Shown: positions 62,492 to 64,000 of the stretch, one piece after another
Layout: every line of letters starts with the position of its first letter
How positions within the stretch are numbered: the stretch's first letter is position 1
From: Gammaproteobacteria bacterium
GTDB taxonomy: Bacteria; Pseudomonadota; Gammaproteobacteria; GCA-002705445; GCA-002716945
Direction: 5' to 3'
Assembly (NCBI GenBank): GCA_045561295.1
Contig: JBJKYD010000016.1
Coordinates: 1-64,000, forward strand
Length of the DNA: 64,000 nucleotides
The notes under the pieces: model-generated
Seen by the model: only the letters and a program-made list of their open reading frames with translations
What the model was told of the DNA's origin: nothing
The model's database searches: none
Position numbers and translations under genes: made by a program

Positions 62492-63696
62492 TTATTTTTT
62501 TTTGTTTAGCTCATTAGCTATCATTGAATTACAAACATACAAACATAACAAAAAAAGTATCGTTGGCTGATGATGAGCAAACTGTGACTGAGTAAGCATA
62601 TTTGATAAATTAGAGATTATGATAATTATTCCAATACTAGAGTAAGAGGAGATATTAAAGTTTTTGATATAGTAGTTTAATTGGATAAAAACAAACATAA
62701 TAAAAAAAAATAGAGGAATTAATCCGTACTTTACTGCAATATCCAAAAACTCATTATGAGCATGTGCTCTGGCTGTTACATCTAAATTTTTACTATCAAT
62801 GTAATTTTCAAGATAAACTTGAAAATTTTGTGGCCCTATTCCTAACAAAGGGTTCTCTGTTATCTGCAAATAACTAAATTTATAGTAGAGAATTCTCTCA
62901 TTAATTGTAGCATTTGTATTAGTTGAATCTTTGTTACCAATATCCTGTTCAATTAAGGAAGAGTATAAATTATCGAATCTATCAATAAATGTATCATTAG
63001 ATAACCCTACAGACGCTAAAATAAAGATAAGAAAAAATAATATTTTTATACCTTTTTTCAATGTGAATAAAATGAATGTAAGACAGAACATTAATCCTAA
63101 TAAAGATCCTCTAGTCTCTGTCTCTGACCATAAAAATATATTAATACATATAGAAATTAATAATAAAGTATATAAATATTTATTTTTATAATTATGTTTT
63201 ATCAGTAAAAATATAGATGTAATTACTAATAGCATTAACATATTGCCGTAAGTGATTGCTACCGATGAAGCTCCTTTGTATCTTAGATCCGCATCAAATT
63301 CTGAAAATAATACATAATTTGTAACAGCTGCCATACTACAGAATATAATTATTTTTTTTATTTTTGAGATACTTAAGTTTACGTCAATAAGAGAATACAT
63401 AATTGGTATTAGTAATAATATTCTTGAAAAATTATCAAAATAAGAAATAGAGGAATTAGATATATTAATAATAGGATGATGGAAATTGGGAAAAGCAAGG
63501 CAACTATTGCGATCTTGTTCAACTGTTTTGAGTTTTGAAGGTTATTCTTTCGAATCAAAAAGATTGAAATAATAAAAGTAATCACTAGAAAAACATTTGA
63601 TAGTGATCTATCAAGAAATGAAAATATAATAGTAAATGATATTAAAGAGATGAGTACACGCGTATTAACAAAAAGATTACTAAATTGTTTTATCAT
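62492..63696 (-). pseudogene. O-antigen ligase (WaaL/Wzy_C) split by a frameshift near 63455-63480, or an assembly indel
   Basis: C-terminal ORF has TRGS, ENPLLGIG, HAHNEFL; its frame stays open upstream (SSISYFDNFSRILLLIP) and overlaps a hydrophobic 95-aa ORF in another frame. Confidence 0.7.
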
Positions 63697-63998
63697 TATA
63701 TCCCGAATTTTTTATGATATCTAAACATGCTTTTGATGTGAATTAGCGTATACCTAATATTCTTTTTACTTAGATGTGCACCTTCATGTATAACTTTTTC
63801 TGTATTAATTACTTTACATTTAAAATTATAAGACATTAATCTTCTGCATAAGTCTACATCCTCGTAATAAAGAAAATAGCCTTCATCAAATCCATCAAGT
63901 TGTCTAAACACCTTTGACTCAGTTACAATAAACATCCCAGATATCCAATCTGCTACAATCTCTTCCTCATTATATGTATTGTTATCCTTAACAAATAG
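63696..63998 (-). CDS. GT2 glycosyltransferase (WbbL/rhamnosyltransferase-like), 5'-partial
   Basis: DWISGMF, GFDEGYFLYYEDVDLCRR, VIHEG; frame is open to the window edge. Confidence 0.85.
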   Translation of the reverse strand, partial: LFVKDNNTYNEEEIVADWISGMFIVTESKVFRQLDGFDEGYFLYYEDVDLCRRLMSYNFKCKVINTEKVIHEGAHLSKKNIRYTLIHIKSMFRYHKKFGI

Positions 63999-64000
63999 GT

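Overview
A 64-kb stretch of a very AT-rich, gene-dense chromosome. Gene content and order point to a streamlined gammaproteobacterium, probably marine and photic-zone (inference from two photolyases, tiny intergenic spacers and CCA-less tRNA genes). It is mostly core genes: ftsB-ispDF-nagZ, mfd, aguAB, lolCD, msbA-lpxK-kdsB-mdh, ygfZ, sdhCDABE, pdxJ-acpS-cysM, mltD, rnhA-dnaQ, smpB, ratAB-fur, nadK, pncC-recA-recX-alaS-lysC-csrA-tRNA-Ser, phr, rmuC-tRNA-Arg, sseA, ispG, hrcA-grpE-dnaK-dnaJ-dapB-fabDG-acpP-fabF-pabC-tmk-holB-metX-like, a (6-4)-type photolyase operon, tupBCA, rmlBDC, fhs and the edge of an LPS cluster. I saw no integrase, transposase, phage gene, CRISPR array or rRNA. Reading the sequence by hand gave three complete small genes missing from the ORF track. 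The best candidate for an undescribed system is a self-contained cassette at about 6824-7798: promoter, a 51-aa signal-peptide microprotein ending ...DDEEPDCE, a secreted CPPFC/CNGMWC rhodanese and an intrinsic terminator. It may be a minimal periplasmic sulfur-relay module. Other notable points are probable AUA start codons, likely leaderless genes, an alphaproteobacterial-type Sdh operon flanked by two assembly factors, a serine-acylating-type MetX, a (6-4)-type photolyase without Fe-S cysteines and a frameshifted O-antigen ligase. All family calls come from motif recognition and synteny only; no searches were run.
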